A stretch of DNA of 38,092 bases from Promethearchaeota archaeon (GTDB taxonomy: Archaea > Asgardarchaeota > Lokiarchaeia > Sigyniarchaeales > SOKP01): NCBI GenBank assembly GCA_016930515.1, contig JAFGGO010000070.1, forward strand, positions 1-38,092. Reading direction: 5' to 3'. The notes under the pieces are model-generated. The model searched no databases, had not been told where the DNA came from, and saw only the letters and a program-made list of their open reading frames with translations. Of this stretch, positions 9,184 to 18,528 are shown in pieces. Positions within the stretch are counted from its first letter, which is position 1, and each line of letters opens with the position of its first letter. The position numbers and the translations under genes are program-made.

Positions 9184-10185
9184 ATGGTAAAGAAAGTAGC
9201 AATCAACGGGTTTGGCAGAATTGGACGGTTATTCTTCAGAGCCGCTTGGGGTAATCCCGATATTGAAATTGTCTCCATCAATGACCTTTTTGAACCAAAA
9301 TATTTGGCGTATGTATTAAAATACGACACCGTCTTTGGACGTTTCAAGGGACATGTTCAAGCAAAGGATGGAGCATTGGTAGTTGATGGTAAAGAAATTC
9401 CAATTACTGCCGAAAGAGATCCTGGAAATCTTCCTCACTCGAAGAACGAGATCGATGTTGCGGTAGAGTCTACTGGATTATTCGTGGCTCGAGATAAGGC
9501 GTCAAAGCATCTTGATGCAGGAGCGAAGCGAGTTTTGATTAGTGCTCCAGCAACCAATCCCGATATCACGGTCGTATTGGGATGCAACGATGATAAGATC
9601 ACTTCAGATCACAAGATCATTTCAAACGCATCGTGTACGACTAATTGTCTCGCTCCCGTTGTAAAAGTATTGCACGAAAATTACAACATCAAATACGGCT
9701 TGATGACCACCATTCACTCGTATACCAACGATCAATCGAATGTGGACATCGCCCGTGCGGGAGACGCGTCAAAAATGATTCGGGGTAGAGCGGCCGCCAT
9801 GAACATGATTCCCACATCAACCGGTGCTGCAAAGGCTATCGGAGAAATCTATCCAGATCTTAAAGGAAAATTGGATGGTATCGCAATGAGAGTTCCTACC
9901 GTAGACGGGAGCGTTGTAGATTTAAAAGCGATCCTTGAAAAACCAGCTTCAGCAGACGAAATAAACGCAAAGATGAAGGCCGCAGCAGAAGGTCCGTTAA
10001 AAGGTATTTTAGCCTATAACGACGAACCAATTGTAAGTAGCGATGTAATCGGAGATTCCCATAGTTCCGTGTTTTCAAGCATTTGGACAAAAGTAATTAA
10101 CGACGAGGCGTTCATATTAAGCTGGTACGATAACGAATGGGGATTCTCCAATAGGATGGCGGAGCTTATCGTAAAAAAATTATAG
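9184..10185 (+). CDS. gap: Class I (bacterial/eukaryotic-type) glyceraldehyde-3-phosphate dehydrogenase
   Basis: VAINGFGRIGR, ESTG, NASCTTNCLAP, TTIHSYT, IPTSTGAAKA, RVPT, WYDNEWG. Confidence 0.97.
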   Translation: MVKKVAINGFGRIGRLFFRAAWGNPDIEIVSINDLFEPKYLAYVLKYDTVFGRFKGHVQAKDGALVVDGKEIPITAERDPGNLPHSKNEIDVAVESTGLFVARDKASKHLDAGAKRVLISAPATNPDITVVLGCNDDKITSDHKIISNASCTTNCLAPVVKVLHENYNIKYGLMTTIHSYTNDQSNVDIARAGDASKMIRGRAAAMNMIPTSTGAAKAIGEIYPDLKGKLDGIAMRVPTVDGSVVDLKAILEKPASADEINAKMKAAAEGPLKGILAYNDEPIVSSDVIGDSHSSVFSSIWTKVINDEAFILSWYDNEWGFSNRMAELIVKKL

Positions 10186-10511
10186 AATATTTTTTTTATT
10201 TTATTTTTATCTATCTATTTATTGAATAATTCTCTTTTGTTAAGTCTGGTTTTAAACATATATTCTTCATAAATCATCACGGATTGCATAGAGGTAAATA
10301 AATAATGATTGATTTATCAGTTATTTTTTTTGATAATTTTTTTTGTCAAGAATGACAAGCGAACTTATCATCATCGTTTATGAGATTTGCGGAATTGCCC
10401 TTTTGGAATATTTTATGAGCGAGCATTTAAATACGACGAATCATTATTAAGATCATAAACCCATAAAAAATTTTGAGGGTATTAGAAAAAAAAATAAAAG
10501 TTGATAATGCA

Positions 10512-12452
10512 TTGGTTGTAGATACAGGAGAAATTAGTCGAATATTTGTTGCTATTTGTCAATGAGGACTTAACATTGCCGAAACAATAGATTGTAAGGC
10601 GTTAACGGAATATTCTAAAAAGTTACCTGGCGTGGTTGGTTGCGACAATTATATTAGTCTTTGTACTACTGCGGGATCAACTTTCATTCGAGAAAACATG
10701 GCTTTTAATAACGCCAATCGCTTGGTAGTAGCTGCTTGAACGCCAAAAACCCACGAACCCGTTTTTAAAAAGATATTAAGCGATGCGGGGATTAATCATT
10801 CGTATTTAGAGTTCGTCAATATTAGAGAGCATTCGTCTTTCGTTCACAGGGGAGATAAGAGTGGTGCTCTCAATGTAGCAAAAGATCTCATCAAGGCTTC
10901 AGTCGCACGGGCCGCAGACCTCGAAAAGATTGATATAAAAAGCGTTGATTTGGACAAGAAAGTCCTTGTAATAGGCGCTGGCGTGGCAGGACTTTCTGCT
11001 GCTATTGATTTGACTGAACAAGGGTACGAAACATATGTCGTGGAAGAAAGACCCAGTATTGGAGGTATAATGGCAAAGCTCGATAGAACCTTTCCAACCG
11101 ACGATTGTAGTATCTGAATTTTAGGCCCCGTCATGCTTAAAGTAGCGAGCATTCCAAACGTGCATTTGTACACATATACAAACATTGAAGATATTTCGGG
11201 ATTTATTGGAAATTTCAAGGTAAAGCTGAGGAGAAAGGCGCGATTTGTTACGGAGGATTGCAACGGGTGCGGAGCGTGCGTTGAGGCTTGTCCCGCCTAT
11301 GGGTTTGATGAGTTTAACGAAAACATGAACTCACGAAAAGCAATCTACACGTATTTTGCCCAAGCAGTACCCTCAATTGCACAAATTGACATGGATCGAT
11401 GTATTCAATGTGGGATTTGCGAGGACGTTTGCGAATTAAACGCCATTGATTTCGATCAGAAAGATACAATAGAAAGTTTAACGGTTGGTTCGATAATTGT
11501 TGCAACGGGGCTTGATGTGCATAAGGGCAAGGAATACGGCAGGGGAACATATAGTAATATCTTAACGCAACTCGAATTAGAAAGAATCTTGGCACCAAAT
11601 GGACCCACTAAGGGACATCTCGTACGACCTTCCGATGGAAAGCGACCAAAAAAAATTCTATTTGTCAATTGCGCGGGTTCGAGAGATAAAAAAACACATT
11701 TTTATTGTAGCGTGGTATGTTGTAATCTCTCCATTAAAAACTCAAAATTAATAAAATCAGAATATCCCGATACAGAAATAGTTGTTAGTTTTATAGACAT
11801 GAGATGCGCTGGAAAAGATTACGAAGAATACTATCGAATGGCGAGGGATAGTGGAATTGTATTTGTTCGTGGACATGTAGGTAAAATAAAAGAGGACCCA
11901 AAAACGAAAGATCTCATCGTGCAAATTGAAGCCTTTGGAATGGACAGATTCTTGGAAATGGAATTCGACCTGATCATCTTATCGTCGGCATCTATTCCAC
12001 CAAAATCAGCAAAGAAGGTCGAAAAAATGCTTGGATTAGAAACAAGCAGGGACGGATTCTTTAAGGAGGCACACTCCCGATTGAACTTGATAGACACCAA
12101 GATCCCTGGTATTAGCATAGCAGGTGCTTCTCAAGGACCCAAGACAATTCCCGACGCTATCACTCAAGGAAGGGCAGCAGCATCCTCGTTAACGAGCATT
12201 TTACACAAGGATAAATACGAAATCCTTTTAATTAGAGGACACATCGAAAAAGATGCATGTGCGAGGTGTGGACTATGTGCACTGAATTGTCCATATAATG
12301 CCATAATAACAACCAAGAGCGGTCTCGAAGTGAACGAGATACTCTGCAGGGGATGCGGTACTTGTTTGGCAAATTGTCCTTCCGAAGCGATCACTTTAAA
12401 ATATTATCCAGAATCTCAATACGAAAAACAAATCGACGCGATTTTAAGCTAA
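10512..12452 (+). CDS. hdrA: Second HdrA-like flavoprotein, selenoprotein with three Sec (646 aa from TTG 10512; alternative TTG 10473)
   Basis: One frame: RIFVAICQ-UGA(10563-10565)-GLNIAE...LVVAA-UGA(10737-10739)-TPKTHEP...GAGVAG...TFPTDDCSI-UGA(11115-11117)-ILGPVM joining ORF 11133-12452; no other stops; colinear with hdrA-1. Start codon uncertain. Confidence 0.93.
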
Positions 12453-12528
12453 TTCGCATAAAAAAGGCAATGATTGCCGTTTGTTTGCTTTTTTAAATAT
12501 TTTGTCCTCATTCAACCAATTAAGACCA

Positions 12529-12598
12529 AACCCGATAGGATGATTCGAACGAAAAAATGATAGTCGTTTGGAGACTCACCCTCGCAAGGGATCGGGTT
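12529..12598 (+). promoter_or_regulatory. Eukaryote-like SECIS element in the 3' UTR of hdrA-2
   Basis: Helix I AACCCGAT (12529-12536)/ATCGGGTT (12591-12598); AUGA (12540-12543)...GA (12573-12574); helix II TCGAACGA/TCGTTTGG (8 bp with 2 GU); 11-nt loop AAAAATGATAG; followed by a T-rich terminator-like tract. Confidence 0.9.
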
Positions 12599-12642
12599 AT
12601 TTTTTATTTTTTTAAGGATTAAGGAAAAAAAGATAATAAAAT

Positions 12643-14337
12643 TTAATTTATTGAGGAACAATCCCATTTACCGTTAGCTCTCGCTATATTAACATCCTCG
12701 TTTAACCTTCGCTGCAAAATCACGTAATCTGGCTCGTTATTTCGAGTTAAAGGGAAATCTTCAAGAAACACGATCAACGAAGGACGTTTATAAGAAGCCA
12801 TTTCCTTACAGTGTTCGGCAATGCCTTCCTCAGTTAAAATTGCACCTTTTTTAATCTTTATATATACAACGATTGCTTCAGTAAAAATGGCGTGTTTTGC
12901 ACCTAAAACTCCAACATGTTCTATTTCTGGCAAGAGAGATATGAATGCCTCAATTTCAGGTTGAAACACTCTATAACCTTTTGGATTTATCATATATTTT
13001 TTTCTTCCTGCTAAATGAATCCCCTTTTCATCCTTATAACCCATATCACCTGTATAAAGAATTGAATCCGTTGAAAGGACATCTCTAGTCGCAACATCGT
13101 AATTAAAATATCCAAGAAATGTTTGTGGTCCTTCAAAGCAAATTTCGCCAATTTCTCGGTCTTTAAGAATTTCTCCAGCAGAACCGTCTTCCTTCATAGG
13201 AGCGCGAATTGTAGCAGGATAGATTGGAAAAGGAGTACCGAGATTGTTAGTAATGTCTTCGATTGTGGCATCATCGGGCGTATAAGTGCACAATCCTGAA
13301 GTTTCGGTGAGTCCTAAACCCGTGCCGATTTTTGGAGCCATTTTTGCAAGGTTTTTTAAGAATTCTATATCAACCGACTGGCCGCTGTAAATCGCATGTT
13401 TAAGCGAGCTTAAATCATAACCATCGTAATGCTTTAAACTCCATTCCATTGAATAAGACGCAGGAATTTGCCCAAGGCAGGTGACCCTATGGTTCTGGAT
13501 CGCCGATAAAGACCTTTCCGCATCAAACCTGCTTAACACGATTGCCGATCCACCTTGAAAAAGAATCGTCATGAGTTGTTCAGTCAGTCCACCAATGAAA
13601 GCTGGTGGCATATTAACTAGCATTCTATCGTCTTTAGTTATATTAAAAGCAATGGATAAACACATATTTTGGCAGGATATTCCCCGACTTGTGAGCATTG
13701 CAGGCTTCGGAAATGCAGTGGTTCCCATCGTGAACAATAGCAAGATAGGATCGTTTTCATCAACTTTAATACATTCATTTTCAAAACTTTCAAAATCGTG
13801 GTTATTACTCAATGCTTCTTCGTATTCCCTCTCAGCTTGGTCAAAAAGATCTTGACCATTTAAAATACCTTCTCGATATTTGTCGTGAGGATTACCAAAC
13901 TGTATTACATAATCGAGCCACGGGTAGTTGTTCCGAATTGCATAACCAATAGTACCAAAATTACCAAATTTTGTCTTGCCAAGATGACAATACATTTTTA
14001 TCTTGTCCCTTATTAAAGCTAAAGATATCATAATTTCGGGAGGTTTTAAGCTCAAATCGAGAGGACACCACATGACTCCAAGTTTCATACATGCAAAACC
14101 CAAGATAAAATGTTCGTAAGAATTCGGGAGACTTGTAACGCAAATATCGCCTTTTCTCAAATCCATATTGAACAATTTAAACGCCATCGCGTTAATGGCG
14201 TTCAATAATTCTTTATATGATACCTCCCTTCCAGTATCGCAAAAAAATAACGCCATGTGGTAAGGATTTATACCAGCCCATTTTTCCACAACTCCAGTAA
14301 GAGTGTGTGGATGTTTTTCGAATTCTTCCAAAGACAT
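12643..14337 (-). CDS. AMP-binding (ANL family) acyl-CoA synthetase-like protein with degenerate motifs
   Basis: FTMGTTAFPK (P-loop variant), GLGLTETSG, GEICFEGP..FLGY, YTGDMG, GRKK. Confidence 0.85.
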   Translation of the reverse strand: MSLEEFEKHPHTLTGVVEKWAGINPYHMALFFCDTGREVSYKELLNAINAMAFKLFNMDLRKGDICVTSLPNSYEHFILGFACMKLGVMWCPLDLSLKPPEIMISLALIRDKIKMYCHLGKTKFGNFGTIGYAIRNNYPWLDYVIQFGNPHDKYREGILNGQDLFDQAEREYEEALSNNHDFESFENECIKVDENDPILLLFTMGTTAFPKPAMLTSRGISCQNMCLSIAFNITKDDRMLVNMPPAFIGGLTEQLMTILFQGGSAIVLSRFDAERSLSAIQNHRVTCLGQIPASYSMEWSLKHYDGYDLSSLKHAIYSGQSVDIEFLKNLAKMAPKIGTGLGLTETSGLCTYTPDDATIEDITNNLGTPFPIYPATIRAPMKEDGSAGEILKDREIGEICFEGPQTFLGYFNYDVATRDVLSTDSILYTGDMGYKDEKGIHLAGRKKYMINPKGYRVFQPEIEAFISLLPEIEHVGVLGAKHAIFTEAIVVYIKIKKGAILTEEGIAEHCKEMASYKRPSLIVFLEDFPLTRNNEPDYVILQRRLNEDVNIARANGKWDCSSIN

Positions 14338-14712
14338 TTATTAATCATATTTTTTTGTGTGTTAATATGTGTAAAGGATTGGTCTTATTAAAAATTGCTT
14401 GATTGATATCAAAGTATTATTTTGACAAATTAAATAATCAAGCTTTTGAACTTGGATAATTAAAATTATTTTTTCTGATTTTACATCAACACTTTTGGAC
14501 ATCATATTATAATTCATTTAATATAGATTTATTATTTGCATGTTATTTTCATTAGGATTTGAAATTATAAAATAAGAACCCAAGCGCTTTTGAAATAACG
14601 GTAAATAATTGGACTCCTAAAAGATTTAAATAGTTTAAACGCTATGAATATACTTAATACGAAAAGAGAACATTCAATAAAAGATGCAAATTACAGTAAA
14701 AGAGTGATAGAA

Positions 14713-16536
14713 ATGTCAGACATAAGCGAGTCAGAAAGTCAAGGGAAAAAACCTATTGGTAGATTAACTGGTAAAACAACCACTCATAAAGTAAGGGTAA
14801 AGATCGACGACCCCAAAATCGAACGAACGGATTACTTCACGATTTACGGAAAAACTGAAGGTAATAATGGAGAAAAGTCGTATTACATGTTAAATATCAT
14901 TGACATGTGGACCGAAGAAAAGGGCATGATGGCAAAATTGCAAGTGCTTGGCGATAGACCAAAGCGACCCTTCGATGTGGGAGCGGATGTTTATTTAGCA
15001 ACGGAAGAGCAAATTGCAAACTTATTAGGAATTAATAATCCTCCAGAAATATCAGTAGCTATCGGCAAGCTATTAGGATATCCGTTTAATGTCAATCTAG
15101 CGGTAAAGAATTTTGGAAGGATTTTTATCACTGGAAAATCAGGTTCGGGAAAATCTTACACAATGGGTGTATTATGCGAAGAATTCCTTAAAAAAGGAAT
15201 TCCTTTAGTGATTATTGATCGACACGGTGAATACGGAAGTTTAAAAGTTGCTGCCGACGACGACGATTCGCCTTCAATATCCGAAATTGAAATCATACCT
15301 CAAGACGACGATTTTGTGGAGCTTGAAGCTTTCAAGGTTGAAGAAAAGCTCCCTCCTAAATTTTCTATTAAAGAGAAAGCAAAAGAAAAAGGAGAAGGGC
15401 CAGGTGAAAGTTCATTTGTAGACAACATCATAGAATTTGCCGACTTGAATAAGAATAGAGGGGGGGACATCGATCTAGACTATTTATTTTCTCTTGACGC
15501 AACAGATATCGTCGCTCAAAGGTTATGTACGATTGTTAACTTGAGAGGGCTTGATTTGGAAGTTCAAGAAGTCATCGCGGGCAAGCTCCTTAAGAAATTA
15601 TACGAAGCGAGCACTTCAAGAAAGATTCCTCCTTTTTACTTGTTTTTGGACGAAGCACACTTGTTTGCAGGAAAAAAACAGACAGAGACTTGTGAGATCG
15701 TGAAATTATTTGCCCAAGAAGGAAGAAAATTTGGCGCAAACATCGTAATAGGCACCCAGCGCCCTCAACTTCTCGACACTACCATTCGAGCACAAGCCGG
15801 CACATGGATCGTTATGAACTTGAGCGATGTAAGGGACATCAGTATTACAATCCAAAGCGCAGAAGACCTAAGCAATGAAAATAAGGATGATATTTCTGGC
15901 TTAGACAAGGGTGAATGCATCATATGTGGCGAAGCTGTTGCTGGAATTCCATTATTCGTAAAAGTACGAAAAAGAACAACAAAACACGGAGGGATCGGAT
16001 TTAATCCGCTCGATTTTCTTTCGGAGCAAACGATAGAAGAGCTCCTAAAGAGAAAACATCGCATATTAGGAGAAAAAACGGAAGCAGAACTCGAAGCAGG
16101 GAAAGAAGAATTTCAGGAATTAACCTCAGCAAGATCAATTTCGAGCTATTTAGATCAAATTACCGAACTCAAGGCAAGAATAAGAGAATTAGAAGAGGAA
16201 AACGAGATCCTCAAACAAGAAATACAAGCAGGTGGTTCAACCCCAATATCCATACCTCCAGGGACCGAAGGCGAGAAAATAAAAGAATTAGAAATAGAAG
16301 TGAAGGTGTGGAAGGAGAAATACAACGCTTTGAAATCAAGAAACGAAATAACCGTAAAAACGCCAACATCAGAACCTCTTGACACATTTCCTAGCTCCAA
16401 CGATAGCGAACTCGTACTAGAATTAGAAAATACGATTGCGATGTTAGAGCAAGAAGTGAAAAAATACAAGAAAAAGGCAGATGACGGCATATTATTGGCT
16501 GAAAAGCTAATGCAGGAGCTCAAGAAAAAAAAATAG
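14713..16536 (+). CDS. HerA/FtsK-superfamily (DUF87) ATPase with N-terminal HAS-barrel-like region and C-terminal coiled coil
   Basis: GKSGSGKS, IDRHGEY, LFLDEAH, EGRKFG, TQRP. ATG 14713 preferred (GAGTGA upstream); the ORF track starts at 14644. Confidence 0.85.
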   Translation: MSDISESESQGKKPIGRLTGKTTTHKVRVKIDDPKIERTDYFTIYGKTEGNNGEKSYYMLNIIDMWTEEKGMMAKLQVLGDRPKRPFDVGADVYLATEEQIANLLGINNPPEISVAIGKLLGYPFNVNLAVKNFGRIFITGKSGSGKSYTMGVLCEEFLKKGIPLVIIDRHGEYGSLKVAADDDDSPSISEIEIIPQDDDFVELEAFKVEEKLPPKFSIKEKAKEKGEGPGESSFVDNIIEFADLNKNRGGDIDLDYLFSLDATDIVAQRLCTIVNLRGLDLEVQEVIAGKLLKKLYEASTSRKIPPFYLFLDEAHLFAGKKQTETCEIVKLFAQEGRKFGANIVIGTQRPQLLDTTIRAQAGTWIVMNLSDVRDISITIQSAEDLSNENKDDISGLDKGECIICGEAVAGIPLFVKVRKRTTKHGGIGFNPLDFLSEQTIEELLKRKHRILGEKTEAELEAGKEEFQELTSARSISSYLDQITELKARIRELEEENEILKQEIQAGGSTPISIPPGTEGEKIKELEIEVKVWKEKYNALKSRNEITVKTPTSEPLDTFPSSNDSELVLELENTIAMLEQEVKKYKKKADDGILLAEKLMQELKKKK

Positions 16537-16676
16537 ATATCTAATTTCAGGATTATTTTATTCTTTCTATTCTTATATTTATTAATTTTAATTGCTTGAT
16601 TTTAATCACCCTAATCTGAGATCTTTTAATAATATCTTAATTATTCGACTTTAAAATAGATATAAATTTTAAAATA

Positions 16677-17702
16677 TTAGACTTTATAATGTTCTAATAA
16701 TCCTTCGAGGATCTCGTTTGCGTCAGCTATTACACAATAATCCGAAGAGTCGAAAATAGTTGCGTTAGGATCCTTGTTAATCGAAATGATCGTTTGCGAA
16801 TCGTTAATACCCACAACATGTTGAATCGCTCCCGATATTCCAAAAGCGATATAAAGTGAAGGTGTGATGGTCTCTCCGCTGATTCCTATTTGTAGATGCT
16901 CGGGCATCCAATCATCAAGAATGGGTCGTCTCGTACCACCGACTTGACCGTTTGTTAGTCGTGCCAGCTCGAATAACTTATTAAAATTTTCTTTAGAACT
17001 AAGACCGTGTCCTCCTCCGATAACAAATTTGGCATCTGACAATCGAGAAGATGGTTTATCTTTCCGCGTGGGGGTACCTACGATCTTTATCTTTATTTTG
17101 CTCTTATCGTAAGAATACTCGATTTTTTGGTGATCTATTTTCTTTTTTTTTAATATCTTTTTCTTAAATGTGCCTCGTGTCACGGTACACATTTGAGGTC
17201 TAGAGTTCGGGCAATCAATTTTCACGTGGATATTACCGCCGTAAGCAGGTTTGAAGGCCTCAGTGTTGCGAAGGTTTAACCCAAATTCTTCGCTTAATTC
17301 AAAATCCAATACATCGCTCACGAGTCCCGTCTGACATCGATAGGCAACTCGAGCGGCTAAGGCGTTTCCCGCTTCGGTTGATGGAAAAAGAAAAACTGAA
17401 GGTTTGAATTTCTCAACTAAATCAAAGACTAGATCCGTAAAAATCCGTTCGTGATAATGTTTTAAATCTGGATGGCTCATGTAAATGATCCTATCCACAC
17501 CATGTTCTTCGATTACTGGCAGGTATTGTTCGGCCTCCAATGCCATAACGATAGCCACGAGTTTTTCGTTCAGTTGGTTTGCAACTTCCCTTGCCTTTCC
17601 CAAAATTTCCAAGGCGCATTCTTCAACCCTTACATGATCCTTGATTTCGGTAAAAACCCATACATCTTTATAGTCTTTCAGATCTAACACGATTTCATTC
17701 AT
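16677..17702 (-). CDS. etfA: Electron transfer flavoprotein alpha subunit (FixB/EtfA)
   Basis: RPQMCTV, GGGHG, QIGISG, GISGAIQH, INKDPNATIF; start overlaps the etfB stop. Confidence 0.93.
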   Translation of the reverse strand: MNEIVLDLKDYKDVWVFTEIKDHVRVEECALEILGKAREVANQLNEKLVAIVMALEAEQYLPVIEEHGVDRIIYMSHPDLKHYHERIFTDLVFDLVEKFKPSVFLFPSTEAGNALAARVAYRCQTGLVSDVLDFELSEEFGLNLRNTEAFKPAYGGNIHVKIDCPNSRPQMCTVTRGTFKKKILKKKKIDHQKIEYSYDKSKIKIKIVGTPTRKDKPSSRLSDAKFVIGGGHGLSSKENFNKLFELARLTNGQVGGTRRPILDDWMPEHLQIGISGETITPSLYIAFGISGAIQHVVGINDSQTIISINKDPNATIFDSSDYCVIADANEILEGLLEHYKV

Positions 17703-18528
17703 CCTCCGCTCTTGAGTGAGAGCCCGTCCATATTCTTTCGATACCGTGCTCGGTCATAAGCTCTATTATTTTCTTAACCTTTACAGTTGTGGTTCCTTCT
17801 ATAAATGACTTCTTTCGAACAAGTTGTTCGGGTTTTTCGGTTTTAATCACTCTCGTTGGCGATTTTTTCCTTCCATCGATACAGGAAGGTGAGTTCAGGC
17901 ACCTATAATCAATAACTTCTATTTCCTTGGAATAAGCTTTCTTAATCCCTGAGAGAGACACGTGTCTGGGTTCGTTAAAATAACGATTGATTCTCAAGAG
18001 GACTGGAAGTTCTACTTCGATATTTTGACTTTCGTGCCCGAAATTTCGATGACACATCAAGAGATTATTTTTATTATCAATGTCCAAGGAAAAAATATCT
18101 GTAATGAGTGGAATCTCTAGGGCTTCAGATAATTGATATGGGACCTGTCCGGTACTTGAATCCGAGGTTTTGGTCCCTGTGATAATTATATCGTAATCTT
18201 TAATGGTATCAAAGGTCTCTTTTAACACCAAGGTCGTCTGGAGCGTGTCTGAGTACGCAAAGACTGGATCGCTGAGTAATATTGCGTGATCAACGCCCAT
18301 TGCCAAGCATTCCCTCAGGGCAGATTCGGCGTGTGGAGGGCCCATGGTTATAGCGGTGACCTGACCTCCATATTTTTCTTTCAAGCTAAGACCAAGTTCT
18401 AAACCATATAAGTCATCTTGATTAATTATGTTTTCTATACCATCTCTAATTATTGTTCCCGTAGCTCTGTTTATCTGCAGATCGTGAGTTTCGGGTACTT
18501 GTTTTATCAATACAAATATATTTATCAT
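17695..18528 (-). CDS. etfB: Electron transfer flavoprotein beta subunit (FixA/EtfB)
   Basis: IKQVPET, INQDD, TMGPP, AMGVD, DTLQT, DSSTGQVP, NEPR, SPTRV. Confidence 0.93.
   Translation of the reverse strand: MINIFVLIKQVPETHDLQINRATGTIIRDGIENIINQDDLYGLELGLSLKEKYGGQVTAITMGPPHAESALRECLAMGVDHAILLSDPVFAYSDTLQTTLVLKETFDTIKDYDIIITGTKTSDSSTGQVPYQLSEALEIPLITDIFSLDIDNKNNLLMCHRNFGHESQNIEVELPVLLRINRYFNEPRHVSLSGIKKAYSKEIEVIDYRCLNSPSCIDGRKKSPTRVIKTEKPEQLVRKKSFIEGTTTVKVKKIIELMTEHGIERIWTGSHSRAEDE

Noticed and set aside
10844-11263. 139-aa minus-strand ORF and other short antisense ORFs throughout the track
   Set aside because: Antisense shadows of well-supported genes, with no motifs of their own.
411-12452. 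hdrA/mvhD as pseudogenes with nonsense mutations
   Set aside because: All seven interruptions are TGA, all fall at conserved Cys positions, there are no frameshifts, and SECIS elements follow.
12460-12494. GGCAA-TGA-TTGCC hairpin with AUGA right after the hdrA-2 stop as a second SECIS
   Set aside because: No paired GA core or apical A loop; at most a small hairpin or T-tract.
14713-16536. HerA as part of an anti-phage or conjugation system
   Set aside because: No partner effector, T4SS or mobile-element genes nearby; the flanks are metabolic.
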